Shown piece by piece: positions 13,083 through 26,286 of a stretch of 64,000 bases of DNA. The stretch comes from Cycas panzhihuaensis (lineage: Eukaryota; Plantae; Cycadophyta). Under the pieces are notes generated by a model that worked only from the letters and a program-made list of their open reading frames with translations, had not been told where the DNA came from and ran no database searches. Where the stretch lies: assembly GCA_023213395.1 (NCBI GenBank), contig CM041465.1, forward strand, positions 184,271,741-184,335,740, read 5' to 3'. The stretch's first letter is position 1, and every line of letters begins with the position of its first letter. The position numbers and the translations under genes are program-made.

Positions 13083-14705
13083 AGCACGACGTCTGGGGAA
13101 AACTTAACAGAAGGATACAAAGTAGTGGCAAAGACAATATTTTTCAGCGAGAATGATGACCCACGTATCTGCATCGAGTGGTAGGTGATGAATGGAGTAG
13201 ACAAAAGGAAAAAAATGTTGACAAAAGCAGGGCTACATAAATTCATAATGATTTTCGAAGCATCTATAGCAGCATTGACAGGGCTTCTAAATGGAGGTGA
13301 ATTTATAGGACAAGATACTCAAATATCTCGTGAAGAAGTGGCAAGGCTAATTGGAGCAAATAGTAAAGATGCCTCTACTTCAGGCATCCAAATTGCAGGA
13401 ATTCAGTCTCCTGAGAAGAGATTTCTAGCCCATTTCATCTTCACCAGAATAGTTTTGAATTAGAAGAATCTATTTGTACCTGCAAACTTGAGGACAATGA
13501 TCAACAAGGTGGCTCAAGGGAAACACCTGAACTGGGCAAATTTTGTTGCAGGGAGGATAATGCAGAATTTACAAACAGTCCAAGAATCCATTAAAACTGT
13601 CACCTTTTATTATGTAACAATTTTGCAAGCGCTACTTATTTCTCAATGTCCAGATATTATAATGCTTGCACAAAAGGAAGAGCAAGCTCCTTTAGCCTGT
13701 TGGACAGGCAGTGGCATCATGGCAGAAAAATGGGGAGAAATACAGAATAAAGTCCAGGAACGGGTGCAAAGACAATACAACATGAGAACAGTAACAGTTG
13801 AGATTAAAAGTCAGGCTGAAAATCAGGGGGAGAAAGATAAGAGGATGGAAGAGGACGAAAGGATAGAAACTAGACTGCCAGAAGGACAAGTAGAAGGAGT
13901 TAAAAATGAGAGAGAATTGCCAATAGTTGAGGCAGAGGAAGAGGAGGAGAAAAAGGATGAGAAGGAAGAAACAGAGGCAAAGGGAAAAAGGAAGCAAATC
14001 ATGCAAGAAGAAAAAGAAATAGAAAGTGAATTTCAGAGACAAAAAAGGATAAGATTGGCCCGAGAAAAGAAGAAAAAAGAAATCATAGAAAAAATAGAAA
14101 ATCAGCCACCAGAAATTGAATATAATGTGGACAAAGAGATATTGGAGAAGGGATTAGATCCCATGAAATGTGATCCTCAAGACGTATCCAATTGGAGAAC
14201 GTCTTTCTTGGCCAAGGTAACTAGACAACTAGTTATGGAGTTAGAAAACAGAGCCAAACCACCGAAATAATCATTAAAATTAGTTCATCAGGTGATTGAG
14301 GAAAAGTTGGAATTTTTAAAAAAATTTATAATGGAATGGGTTGATGAGGTAGATGAAGTAGGTCCTTAGTTACAACAATCTAAAAAGGGATTTAACCATT
14401 TCATTCCAGGAGATATGCAACTGGTATATCACAGGTTGGGAGCATGGATTCTGAAATCATATGAGGAATCAGAGCGCTGTAGAACACTATGGAAGGAACG
14501 AAATGCATATCGGCAAGAAATGGAACTCGTGCAGAGGGTTAATATTGAATTGAATCAAGAAATTGAGCAATTACATTCAGGAGAAATACCTACACTTTCA
14601 TTGTTGGATACAATGCAAGACGTAGTTTTATTATGTGAATATTTGAAACAAAATGGGTTAAGACTACCCCCCCAGATTGCAAGGCCAGATATGGAGCACA
14701 TTTGA
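13083..14705 (+). pseudogene. Accessory ORF of A (about 540 codons, one frame, four internal stops)
   Basis: ORF-track pieces 13185-13463, 13488-14270 and 14415-14705 share one frame, separated only by TAG/TAA stops. Contains GKHLNWANFVAG, an E/K-rich linker and a coiled-coil-like end. Confidence 0.8.
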
Positions 14706-14810
14706 AGAGAAAAAGCAAAAATTATAGAAAATCAGATGAAGAAATGAAAGTAGAAAGTTTTGAAAATTTGGAACGAGTATGCTACTCGTTCAAAGTGGCT
14801 GCAGGGGAGA

Positions 14811-15353
14811 TGTGTGTTGCCAAAATATTATCTGTTTTGAGTAGATGAAGGTGCAACAACGCTGACTACAGGTACACCAACGTTGACTGCAGGTGCAACT
14901 AGGTGCAATAGCGATGGCTACAGGTGCAACCGGTGTAGACAGTAAGTGCGACAAGTGCGGAAAGCAGGTGCAACTAAGTGCAACCAACGCTGACAGAAGC
15001 ACAACTGAGTGCAACCCGGGCAAGGATAATGTGATTAGGGCAGCAGCTAAAGAACTCGGGCAGTATTGGTTAGGACTTTAAACTGTAAAGTAGTTATGTA
15101 ACTATGTAGAAGAATATAAAGGACAGAACGGGGATAACTCATCGTATAGAGATATCATCAGTGTCATTGTACATTCTCGTAGGTTGTTTTGACTGTCGTT
15201 GTACTTGCTTAGGCCTGCGTTTGGTTGTGAGAGGACCAAATGCAATGCCCTTTCTGTCTAATGAAGTTGGTTATTTGTGCTTCAACCTTGTGCCTTTCTT
15301 TATGACTGTATTTCTTTGAGTATGATTAATTTGTAATGAGACAGGCGCACACA
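14811..15353 (+). repeat. 3' LTR of element A
   Basis: PPT AGGGGAGA upstream; TGTGTG...CACACA inverted ends; Copia RT sequence starts immediately after. The partner LTR is outside the window. Confidence 0.85.
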
Positions 15354-16619
15354 AAGATCCAGGTATTTAAAAATTGATGCACACTTAAAAAGTGTTGGAA
15401 TTAGACGATGTAATGTAGATTATGGACTATACATTCATATAGCCAAAAATAACCAAATCACCATCATTGTACTTTGTGTTGATGATTTGATACGGGTGAC
15501 AACACAAGTTGGATTAAAAATATGAAACAAAAGTTGTCAAAAACATTTGAAATGATAGATTTGGTACTTTTGCATTACTATCTGGGAATGGAAATCCAAC
15601 AACAATCCCAAGGAATCTTTTTGCACCAAAGCAAGTATGCTACATGAATATTGGAGGAGTTTAACATGACAGACTGCAAGCCTGCTCCAACTCCCATGTG
15701 CATAGGAGTCAAACTAGATGCAAATCCTGAAGGAGAACTAGTTGATGAGACAATGTATAGGAAACTTGTCGGGCATCTCATTTATTTCACCTCAGCAAGA
15801 CCAAACATTGTATATGTTGTCTAGATTATTTCCAGGTATATGTTTGCACCTAAGGAATCTCATTGGAAGGTAGCCAAAAGAATACTTTGATATCTACAGG
15901 GAACAAAATCTTATGGTATTCAATATAGCAACAAAAGTATAGGTCAACTGATAGGATACTCAGATTCAGATTGGATCGAAGACACAGATAGTCACAAATC
16001 AACCATAGTATATTGCTTTGATCTTGGGAGTGGAATTGTCGCATGGAAGACAAAGAAACAATTAATAGTCTCCTTCTCTACCTTTGAAGTTGAATATCAA
16101 GCAATAGTTCATACAATATGTGAAGCAACTTGGTTCCGAAGACTGTTTGAAGAATTCCATTAGCCTAAAATCACACCTATTACAATAAATAGTGACAACT
16201 AGCGCACTATTCAAATGACAAAGAATCTTGTATTTCATGCATGAACAAAACACATTGAACTACATCACCACTTCATTAGAGAAAAAGTTGATAAAAGGAG
16301 ATTAAGTCGGTTTATTGCCTTAAGTGAAGAACAACTGGCATATATCTTTACAAAACCTCTTGTAAAGGATAAATCCATATATCTTAGAACAAAAATATGC
16401 ATGAAAGAAAAGGATTGGATATTAAGAGGGGATGTTAGAATATGTAATGTCTTATCCTTTTATTATAATGTAATCTTAGTATAAGTCATGTCATTAATAA
16501 AGTAACTCTAAATTAGGGTTACTGTTAATGACCTCTTGTATATAAATACATGATGTACTTCTCAACGAGACAATACAATTTCATTGTTTTTCTCTCTTCA
16601 TCGATTCTCTTCTCCAACA
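15354..16619 (+). mobile_element. Ty1/Copia element C, 3' part: RT and RNase H pseudogene, PPT, short 3' LTR (16433-16619)
   Basis: IIVLCVDDL, HYYLGMEI, YRKLVGHLIY, KHIELHHHFIREKV; TAAGAGGGGA then TGTTAG...CCAACA. Confidence 0.9.
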
Positions 16620-17891
16620 CAACATATAGAGTTATTAGGGTCGTAAGTTGGCCACCTTAATCCTTTATGTATAGGTTCAAGCCTTGCTGAGGACTTTTCA
16701 AGGCCATTTTTTTTTTTAAATAGTTATCAATTTTGGCATACTAGGCTTTGGGAGCTTGCTTTAAGCGATACAATGCTTTTTTAGGATGACATACTAGGGT
16801 TTCTTTTCCCCTTCTTTGCATATCTAGGTGGTTGTTTCATGTAGACTTCCTCTGTGAAAATCTCCAATGAGGAAGGCACCCTTTACATCAAGCTAGTGTA
16901 GCTGCCACTTGCATTGTGTAGCTAGTAGAAGTATGATCTTGAAAGAAGTCATCTTTGTACTTGATGCAAAAGTTTCCTGATAGTTAATTCCTTCTTGCTA
17001 TTTGAAGTCTTTAACATTGACTTGGATTTATGTTTGTCAATTGAGCCATCATATTTGAATTTGGTCTTAATAATCCATTTGCAACTAATTACTTATTTCC
17101 CTTTTGGCAATTGTACCAAATCCCAAGTCTTGCTTTTGTTTAATGCTTGAATCTCTTCATCCATGGCATCCTTCCACTATTGTTCTTGACTTGCCTCCTC
17201 AAAAGTGGAAGGTTCTTTTATGAAGACTACTTATGATATAAGAGCATAATTAACTACTTGTGTAGGTTTGATGCTAGACTTCCTTTTCCCTTTAGATTTA
17301 GGCAATTATACATCAATAATTGTTTACATATGCCATTTACGCAGTTTCTTTAGTGGAGGAATGCTTTCGATCGAGGTATCTTCATTCTCTTCATCATCAT
17401 TATTATTGCTGAGAGTATTGTTAAGTTCAAACTTTGTTTTGTCAATTTGCCCCCTCGAAGAACTTGATTATGGCTGTTCTTTGATTTCTTTCCATGCATT
17501 TTGTCTTAATTGTAACGTTCCTAATTTGATTTCTCTATGATATTCTTCAAAGATGACATCCTAGTCTATATGCTCGCTTTTTGATTTTAACTTATATGCT
17601 CTCAAGGCTTTACTTACTTCACTATGTCCAATGGAGATTTTGTTGTCAAAATTTTGATGCCTTTTCTTCGAAATGTGCATATATGCAATATAGGCAAAGA
17701 TTTTAAGATGGCTCACTATAGGTTTTCTCCCAAATCATGCCTTCTTAGGAGTTATGTTTTTGATTGCCTTGGTAGAACTCTTGTTTGCTAAGTAGGTTGT
17801 TGCTTTTACAACTTTTGTCCAAAAGATCATGGATAAGCCTTTGCCTTTCATCATTGTCATGGCATTCTACAAGAATCTTGTTTGTCCTTTC
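16620..17891 (-). pseudogene. Ty1/Copia element D: integrase C-terminus to RT, cut at YV|DD by C
   Basis: Minus strand reads GINYQETFAS, LKKALYRLKQAPKA and TLITLYV right up to C's LTR. Confidence 0.88.
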
Positions 17892-18211
17892 TGTTCGGGA
17901 ACATGAAATCACACAGGTATGTTCTCATCCACAGAATCTTTAATCATACATAACAAGCAACAAAGAAATACACACAGAATACAGATGCACAATAGACAGG
18001 ATTTACGTGGGAAAACCCTTTCGGGAAAAACCCTACCACAAAAGATCCTTCTGGATAAGATTGATTATTTCACAATGGCTTGATAGAGGTGTCACCTGAT
18101 TAGGGTTGTGACCCTTTGAATAAGTCGCATCTTTTCATTTAATCACCTTGGCTAAACCACACTAACATTAACATTAACATAGTGGCTTAACAATTAATTG
18201 CCATGTTAACA
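17892..18211 (-). repeat. 3' LTR of E
   Basis: Repeat of 23805-24159 with an internal deletion. Confidence 0.95.
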
Positions 18212-18329
18212 TCCCCCTTTAATGTGAATGTGGGGAGCTTGCCAACTGCAACAACTGTGTTATCACGAAGGCTGGGACTATCTTGCAGCTTCTCTATCCT
18301 TGTCGATAGATCCCCTATCAAGAATAACA

Positions 18330-21300
18330 TTGGTGAGTCCTAATCCGATACGCATCTTCGTGAAATGATCTTCAGTCAGTGGCTTGGTGAACATGTCTGC
18401 AAGTTGAAATTCACTCAGACAGTAGTCGACTTGCGCTTCTTTGACTTGATCTGTTCACGAATGTAGTGGTGTTGAATCTCGATATGCTTCGTATGGGCAT
18501 GAAACTCTGGATTTTTCGACAGGCAAATGGTACTCTAATTATTAACAAAGATAATCGGATGTCCATTGGAAACTCCTACAAACTCCAAGAGACCTTGCAA
18601 CCATATTGCTTCCTTCGCACCAACACTGAGTCCTTGATATTCTGCCTCTATAGAAGATAGCGCCACTTTTTGTTGCTTCTTCGACTGCCATGAAACAAAT
18701 CCATTACAAATACCAAACAAGTATCCAGCGGACTTCCAATCGTTAAAGTCTCCTGCCTAATTAGCATCTGTGGAGCCATGCAACCTTATCTCTTCACCTT
18801 GATGGTATTCGAGACCAAGATTGATTGTCCCCTTCAAATATTTCAGAATCTGCTTCGTTGCAACAAAACGAGGCTCTTGAGGATTCTGCATGTAGCAGGA
18901 AACCAATTCAATAGTGCATGCGATATCTGGGCTGGTATGAGTCAGGTAGATAAGACTCCCAACCAATTGGCGATGCTTCGTTCCATCTACAGAGGGCTTG
19001 GTCATATCCTTCTGCAACCTTGCGCCCTTTACACATGGTGTTACAATAGGTTTGCAATTCTGCATCCTAAATTTACCCAGTAGGTTCTTCACATACTGTG
19101 ATTGCAACAACATGATTTGATCATCCATCTGCCTGATATGAATGCCCAAGAAATAATGAAGTCTTATGAGGTCTGTCATGTTAAATGAAGCTCCCAAATT
19201 GGACTTGACTTCAGCTATAGCATTGCGACAGCTACTGTCGATGATGAAATCAGCCCCATACACCACGCACCAACTATTGAAGTCTCCCTTCTTTTCACAT
19301 ACAGGTTTGGGTCAAGTTCTAAAATCTTGAAACTTTTGGCTTTTAACTTAGCATCCATCTTTTCATACCAAGCACGGGGTGCTTGTTTCAAGCCATGGAT
19401 TGATTTATTCAATCGGCAAACAAGATGCTCTTGGCCATCCTTAACGAATCCCAGAGGTTATGACATATAAATCTCCTCTTTTAGATCCCCATTAAGGAAA
19501 GCGAACTTGACGTCCATTTGGTGTAACTCCCAACCATAAGCAGTTGTTAAGGAAATAAGCAAGTGGACCGTCGTCATTGTGGATACTGGTGCAAATGTCT
19601 CCTCATAGTTAATTCCTTGTTTTTGCTTGAATCCTTGAGCGACAAGTCTGGTCTTGTACTTGTCCACCTCTCCATTGGAGTGGAACTTCATCTTATAGAC
19701 CCACTTGCATCCAACAAAGTTCTTCGTCGGAGGGAGTGGAACTAAATCCCACATATTGTTCTTCAGCAGAGAACTATACTCTTCCTCCATCGCAACTCTC
19801 CAACGTGGATCTCCTTTCGCCTCATCAAATGAATCAAGATCACTGGAGTCGTTGGTGTCTACCACCAGAGTTCGACTAGCATTCTGGATCCTTGTTCTTT
19901 TATCATCAGTCAGGGTTTGCATTGCCACATCGAAATTTTTGATAGTCTTCCTTGCCTATAAAGATATAGAAGGACTTGTTGCTGGAGGTACTTCTTCTCG
20001 TGGCAGCTCCTCACTATTACGTGACCCACTTGGTCATATTTTCTCAGGTGTTCCAACGACTGGCTCATCGTCCTCTTCGCTTGATGAATTTGGGAATGGG
20101 AGAAGCAGGGGGTAAAAAGGCTCATTTGTTGATCTTTTAGCATGATACGTCGATAACTCATCAAATTTTACATCCTGACTAACCACAATCTTCTTCCCCT
20201 GCGCATCCCATAGTCTGTAGGCCTTGTTCTCATTGCAATACCCCATGAATATGCACTTCAGACTCTTTCGATCTAGCTTCTTGCGAGTATCATCTGGGAT
20301 GTGGGCATATGCAATACACCCAAAGGTTCTTAAATAGCTAATGACAGGCTTTCGAATGGTCCATTTCTCTTCGGAGGTTATGCTGTGAACTGCATGAGTG
20401 GGTACCCAGTTTAGAATATACATAACAATTGCCATAACTTCTGCCCAAAACATCGGTGGCAAGTTTTTAGCATGCACCATACACCTCACCATCTCCATCA
20501 TGGTACGATTCTTCCGTTTAGCAACTTCATTTTGTTGTGGGGTATACGAGATTGTAAATTCCCGCTTTATACCATGATTGCGGCAGAACTGATTAAACGC
20601 ATGGTTGTCGTACTCCTTGCCATTATCACTTCTTAAAGATTTAATCTTCTTGTCACTTTCATTTTCAACCATCGCTTTATAGTTACAGAATTGATCAGAC
20701 ACGTCTGACTTGTTTTTGAGAAAGTAAACCCATGCCTTCTTGGTATTATCATCTACAAATACAAGGGTGTACAAGCTCTTGATATAGAAGGGTTAGGAAG
20801 AGGACCCATTATGTCTGAATGTACAAGCTCCAACTTCTCCTTGGCTCTCCGGGCATTCTCCTGAGCAAGAGGGTAGCGGTGATGCTTTCCATACATACAC
20901 TCTTCACCCACACCATTTGAGTAGGAAAACGATGGCAATCCTTCCACCATCTTCAACCTCTTCAACAGTGCAATACTCCTGTAGTTAAGGTGTCCTAGGC
21001 GATTGTGCCAAAGTTTGTTCATGTCATTGGCGCTGGCAACAAAGGCATAAGACTTCTTCTGAGATCGAAGTTTATCAAACACCCAGAAGTTGTCCCTGAC
21101 TTTTCCAGTAGCAATGACTGAGAAGTTCTGTTTTAGATCTTTAATCAGGTATTTATCATTGTAGAGCTCCACCTTCAAGCCTTGTTTGTAGATTTCTCGG
21201 GTTGAAAGAAGATTCAATTGCATCTTGGGTACATAGTATACCTCGGTAAATTTACCTCCTGTAATGGATACTTCACCAATACCTTCCACTGGCAAAACGC

Positions 21301-22225
21301 AAGCATCTCCAAGGACAAGTTCTGCACCATTTTGATTTTTGTTCATTGTATAAAAGTTCTGGCTCTAGAGTCAAGCACCCAATAATCTCTCCGATCTGAC
21401 TCGGCTGATAAGGTTTGTGTTCTAACATAATGAGCAACAACGCTCCTCCCTTTATCATCTTGGTTAACTTTGCGCTTGTCACGCCTTTTGAACCAACAGT
21501 TCTTCTGTCATTGAACATCCTTTTTGCAGTAATTGCATTTTCCATTGAACTTCTTCTTGTCTTGTGAATTTTCTCTTGATCTCTGTGTGATCTTCTCCTC
21601 CTTAGCGGCCTCGTTCCTCTAAGTCTTCATGGCTAGGGCCTGACTTGAATCAAAACCTCCAAGCATTCTGTGATGTTTAAGCTAACATCCTCCATCCATC
21701 AAACGTTTCTACCTCCATCACCTCATCTCTACTATAAATGGTCTGGAAAGTGGCAAACGTAGTTGGCAACTTCGACATGATTATTGTGAACAACAAGGCA
21801 TCATCAATCGAGTTCTGCTTTAGTTCCTCTAGCTTGTTTTTCAAGTCTGTGGTTTTATTAAGGTAGGATCTAATGTTGTTCTCATCTTTCACACACGAAT
21901 TGAGTGACTCCAACATCAAGGCAAGACGCCTATTCATCTTCTTCTTCTCAAAGGTATCACACAGTTTTGTCCATATTTCATTTGGTTCGTGTAGGTTGTG
22001 AACCAAGGCTCTCTGGTCTGGCACCAGTGACAGTTTTAATAGTCCTACAGCCATAAATTTCTTCTCTTCGAGACGAACTCGCTCTTTATGGTCTAGTGGA
22101 ATCGCATCCACCTTAGCCTTAGTGATACTCCAGAGTTGATTCACCATCAGAATGAGCTCGACATTGGCCTTCCACTCGTTGAAATTGTTACCATTAAAGA
22201 TAACTTTGGGCATAATGTACTCCAT
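18330..22225 (-). pseudogene. gag-pol of E (Gag, PR, INT, RT, RNase H), frameshifted
   Basis: FNGNNFNEWK, LWHNRLGHLN, LELVHSDIMGP, LRSDNGKEY, CKWVYKMK, ELHQMDVKFAFLNG, SWQSKKQQKVALSSIEAEY. Confidence 0.95.
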
Positions 22226-23804
22226 CTCAAGAAATAGGCTTCAATATACGTCAACCGACACTAAAACGAATGTCTTCAAGACAAAAGTGCACCCCTGTGT
22301 CCTCCTCTAGCTCAAGGCCACACTCCAGAGGGTACCAAACACTGATTATTCATGCATTAAGCAAGTCATCGACTATTTTTTTCTCATAGACAACAAACAA
22401 ATGCCCTTAAATACCCTTAAAAAGTGTCAAAAATGACTCTTAAGGCACTTAAAATGGTGCTCCAAGAATAAAGGATGGCTCCACACAACAAAAAACATGG
22501 TCTCCAAGTCAAAAACAAATAATAACCGTCCCCAATCCGTGCTCAAAATGTCTTGAGAACGTCTCAAATATCTTCAAAAATACTTCACAATTTAAAAAAT
22601 ATGATATCAATGGTAAAAAGGTCCCTTTTATAAAGTTATATTAAAAAGAAGAATATGCCAAAAAGCATATTTCGAGTGTGACGCCTTTTCACTCCTTACG
22701 CGGCTTAAAAAACGTAACGCATATGCTTAAATTAAAGTACTAATATCTATAAGCCTTAAGCTAAGGTTGCAAAGGCTTAATAAAACAATATATGCATCGT
22801 TTCTTATCTTATTGCATTTCGTAGTCATAAACGAAATGCGGCAGCCGCGTGAAGAGAAATGGTAGCCTTGCATAGTGTGCAGGTCACCACGAAGCTTTGC
22901 GGCAATCGGACAGAGGAAGGGTCAACTGTGGATCTGTGTGCATCACAAACGGACCAATGCACATATATACAAGTCTCCCACGCACTGAAACAACTAGTAA
23001 ATAGTCCAACTATCTCATACATGATCCCAACCACGCAGTGGACAGCCCAACCAATGTAATCCCACGGCCAACTAACTCAAATACCAACTAGCCACTAAAA
23101 ACAAGCGCTCAGTAAATACAAATAATGCCCAGCCAACCCTTACGAGCTCCAAAAAGGCACACAAGCAACCTAGCCACCTCTTATCACATAGATGTGGGCA
23201 CAAAAAGTGCATACGACTAAGATATGGGGTCACATTCCCAAATAAAAAGCACTACAACTCAAAAATTCAGTAGATGATGCTTCGTACTGCTATATACTCA
23301 ATCTAATCTTAGTATAGAGGGCTGAAAACGTTCCAAATTGGCTCCAATCTCCCCCTTGTACAGACTAGATATAGGTATTACTAGAAAAGGCTTGCTTGAT
23401 TTTGAATTTTACAATGTTTTGGATGGGTAAATAATTCACTTATTTGTGTACATAGATGGTTGCCCTTATGGTCATCGAATCACCATCAGTATGTGCTCCG
23501 TTGGCTTGAATCACCGCAACAGATCATCAACCAGCTTTAGATGGCCTCCAACGAGCCAACTCCATCCACAAACATGGCCTTCACGTCTGAATATTGACTC
23601 CAATAAACCCTTATGCTCCACTGAATAGTGATTTTCATCGCTTCGACCACCATTGATATGTTGTGCCTGTTTTTGCACGTTGCTAGAGATGATGGACCCT
23701 CAGGACAAGTCCTGGGATTGACGGCTTCACCCGGCAACCGATAATCTCACCGCTTCGCTCAACATCAAGCTTCAATTGTGTAGGACCCTATGGCTTTGAT
23801 ACCA

Positions 23805-24159
23805 TGTTCAGGAACATGAAATCACACAGGTATGTTTCCATCTGTAGAATCTTTAACCATACACAATAAGCAACAAAGAAATACACGTAGAATACAGATG
23901 CACAGTACACAGGATTTACGGGGGAAAACCCTTTCAGGAAAAGACCCACCACAAAAGATCCTTCTGGATTAGATTGATTATTTCACAATGTCTTGCTACA
24001 TTGAATACACAAGGCTTCAAGGCTTTTATACTGTTCCAAGAGGTGTCACTCGATTAGCGTTGTGATCCTCCGAATAAGTTGCACCTTTTTGTTTAATCAC
24101 CTTAGTTAAACCACATTAACATTAACATAGTGTCTTAACAATTAACTGCCACCTTAACA
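23805..24159 (-). repeat. 5' LTR of E
   Basis: Adjacent to the PBS; TG...CA ends. Confidence 0.95.
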
Positions 24160-25890
24160 CTTTCTACAACTCTATTTTGTTATGCATAGGCGGAGTTGTG
24201 AATTGCCTCCTAACTCCATGGCTTTTGCAATATTGTTCAAATTATTTTGAAGTGTATTCTCCCCTCCTATTATTTGATTTTAGAAATTTCAACTTCATTT
24301 TGCTTTTATTCCTAGTAGTGTCTTTGAATTCTTTAAATATTTCAAAGGTTTTTGATTTATCCTTTATGAAGTACACCCAAGCCTTCCTTGAAAAATCATC
24401 AATGAAGGTCAGAAAATATTTAGCACTTCCATGTGATATTATGGACATTGGGCCACATAGATAAGTATGTACTAAAGTCAACTTGTTTGTTTCTTTCTAG
24501 GCCTTACCTTTCTTAAAATCCTCTGTGTTGTTTGCCTATAATGCAAGCTTCACATAAGCATTTATTTGTAGTTATTTTTGGTAAACTATGCACTATGTTC
24601 ATCCTAAACATTAATTTGGGATGACAGTAGTTTAAATGGCCCATTCTATTATACCATAAATGATCCTTTTGGCTTACATCAATAGAGTGCTTTTAGGTCT
24701 TTAGATTTCACTTTTAGCTTGTAGAGGCCTTCATCTTCAGTATCAATTGCAACAATCTTTTTATTTTTGCCTCTGATTACACATTATGCATTTTAAAAAA
24801 GAACACTCATTTTCTTTTTCTCGATCTAGCTTGCAGAAATCAATTTTTTCTTTAAGCTAAGTACATATATCACACTATTGATGTATTTGTCCTTATTTAT
24901 TGAGACACCACCCACTCTTGCAACTAGAAGAGTTACGTTGTCTCCAAGAGTGGCATTTCCTTTAAAGGACTTATTCTTGTTTCAAAGCCACTTTTGCTTG
25001 CTTGTCATGTGTTGAGTACCTCTTGATGTGATGTATCAAGTTACTTTAGTATTATGTTGCAATTGAAAGGCTACAACAAAGAGTTGTTTATCTTGAGAGT
25101 CCTTTGTTTTTGCAAAGTGTTTTGATTACTTCTTCTTTATTGATTGTATTACAAGTTTCTACAAGGTCCCTTGGCTTTCCACGATAGTAACATATTTTTG
25201 ATTTATTCTTTGAAGAATTGTTGTCTTTTAGTCTTTCATCTTGAATGCTTAGTTCCTTAATCTTTCTAAGAGTAAAAACTTTTTCTTTGCCTTCGTATTT
25301 GGATGCATATGTTGCAGATGTTTCACCATCTTCATTGTCCTTTAGTCATCGTTCATGTTATGCTAACAAGCCTTCGAGTTCATTAAATGTCGTGCTTCCT
25401 AATTTTGTTGACAAAGCTTTCGTATGATTTGGGTAAGCTTTTTAACTTGGAGGCAATTAGTTCTTTATTGGCGACTATCTCATTTTAGACATGGCTTTTG
25501 ATGATTAGATATGGCTTTTGATAACTCTAAGCCATATAATTTGCTTCTAGAGCATTAATGCTCTTGTATCATTTTTATGTTCATAAATGGTTGTTATTGA
25601 ATCCTATGCATCTTTAGTTGATGTGGCATCTTATATATTTTCAATCAAGTTCCCACTTATTGACAAATTAATAGTTACAAGCATAATCCTATTTTTAGCA
25701 TCGTATTTATCTTGAGCCATTATGTGTGTATAATGTCTTGTGACAGTGACATCTATGAAACCCTGCAAAGCACTTAACATTAATAAACTCTTCATTTGAT
25801 GTTTCCAAGAAATTGGGCCAAGCAACAAAATAATTGATTGATTTTATTATTGTTTGGGTATAGAAAAATTAGGTCCATAAGGATTCATAC
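24160..25890 (-). pseudogene. Copia D: gag, PR and integrase N-terminal part, resuming after E
   Basis: LVHTYLCGPM...YFLTFIDDFSRKAWVYF; decayed gag near 25600-25890. No 5' LTR identified. Confidence 0.88.
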
Positions 25891-26286
25891 GGTTTCGTAT
25901 GGCTATATGGATTTAGGGTACAAAACCCCTGAAAATTGAAATGACACTTTAATTGTATGTCTTTCCATTGTCATTCCAAATTTGTAAATGAAATTTGATT
26001 TGGAGTTCCGTGGAAGAAGTTATAGCCAAAGAATTGTATGATTGATGACTGAGGTTTTCTTTTTATTTTCCTTGTTTTAAAGCACACAAACAAAAAGAGG
26101 GCTGAATCTGGTATTAAATAAAAACTATCAATGAAATCTATATTTTCCTTAAATCTTATCTCCTAATTTGACTTGTATATGCTATAGCGAGTAGAAGAAG
26201 TTCAAATGTGCTTTTGTTTTTGGCCTTTTGGCCTTTCTTTGCTTGGTTCAACTCTACAAAATCATGAACGTTTTGTGGGTGAATTT

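Larger units (their letters stand above)
17892..24159 (-). mobile_element. Full-length Ty1/Copia element E nested in D
   Basis: LTRs 17892-18211 and 23805-24159; TSD CTTTC on both sides; tRNA-iMet PBS (gctttgatacca, 23793-23804); PPT at 18212-18220. Confidence 0.97.

Noticed and set aside
14840-15020. CRISPR-like repeat-spacer array
   Set aside because: Repeats are short, degenerate and irregular, lie inside a plant LTR, and there are no cas genes.
16630-16700. tRNA/SINE-like B-box (GGTTCAAGCC)
   Set aside because: It is the reverse strand of Copia D RT (NLYIK...LITLYV).
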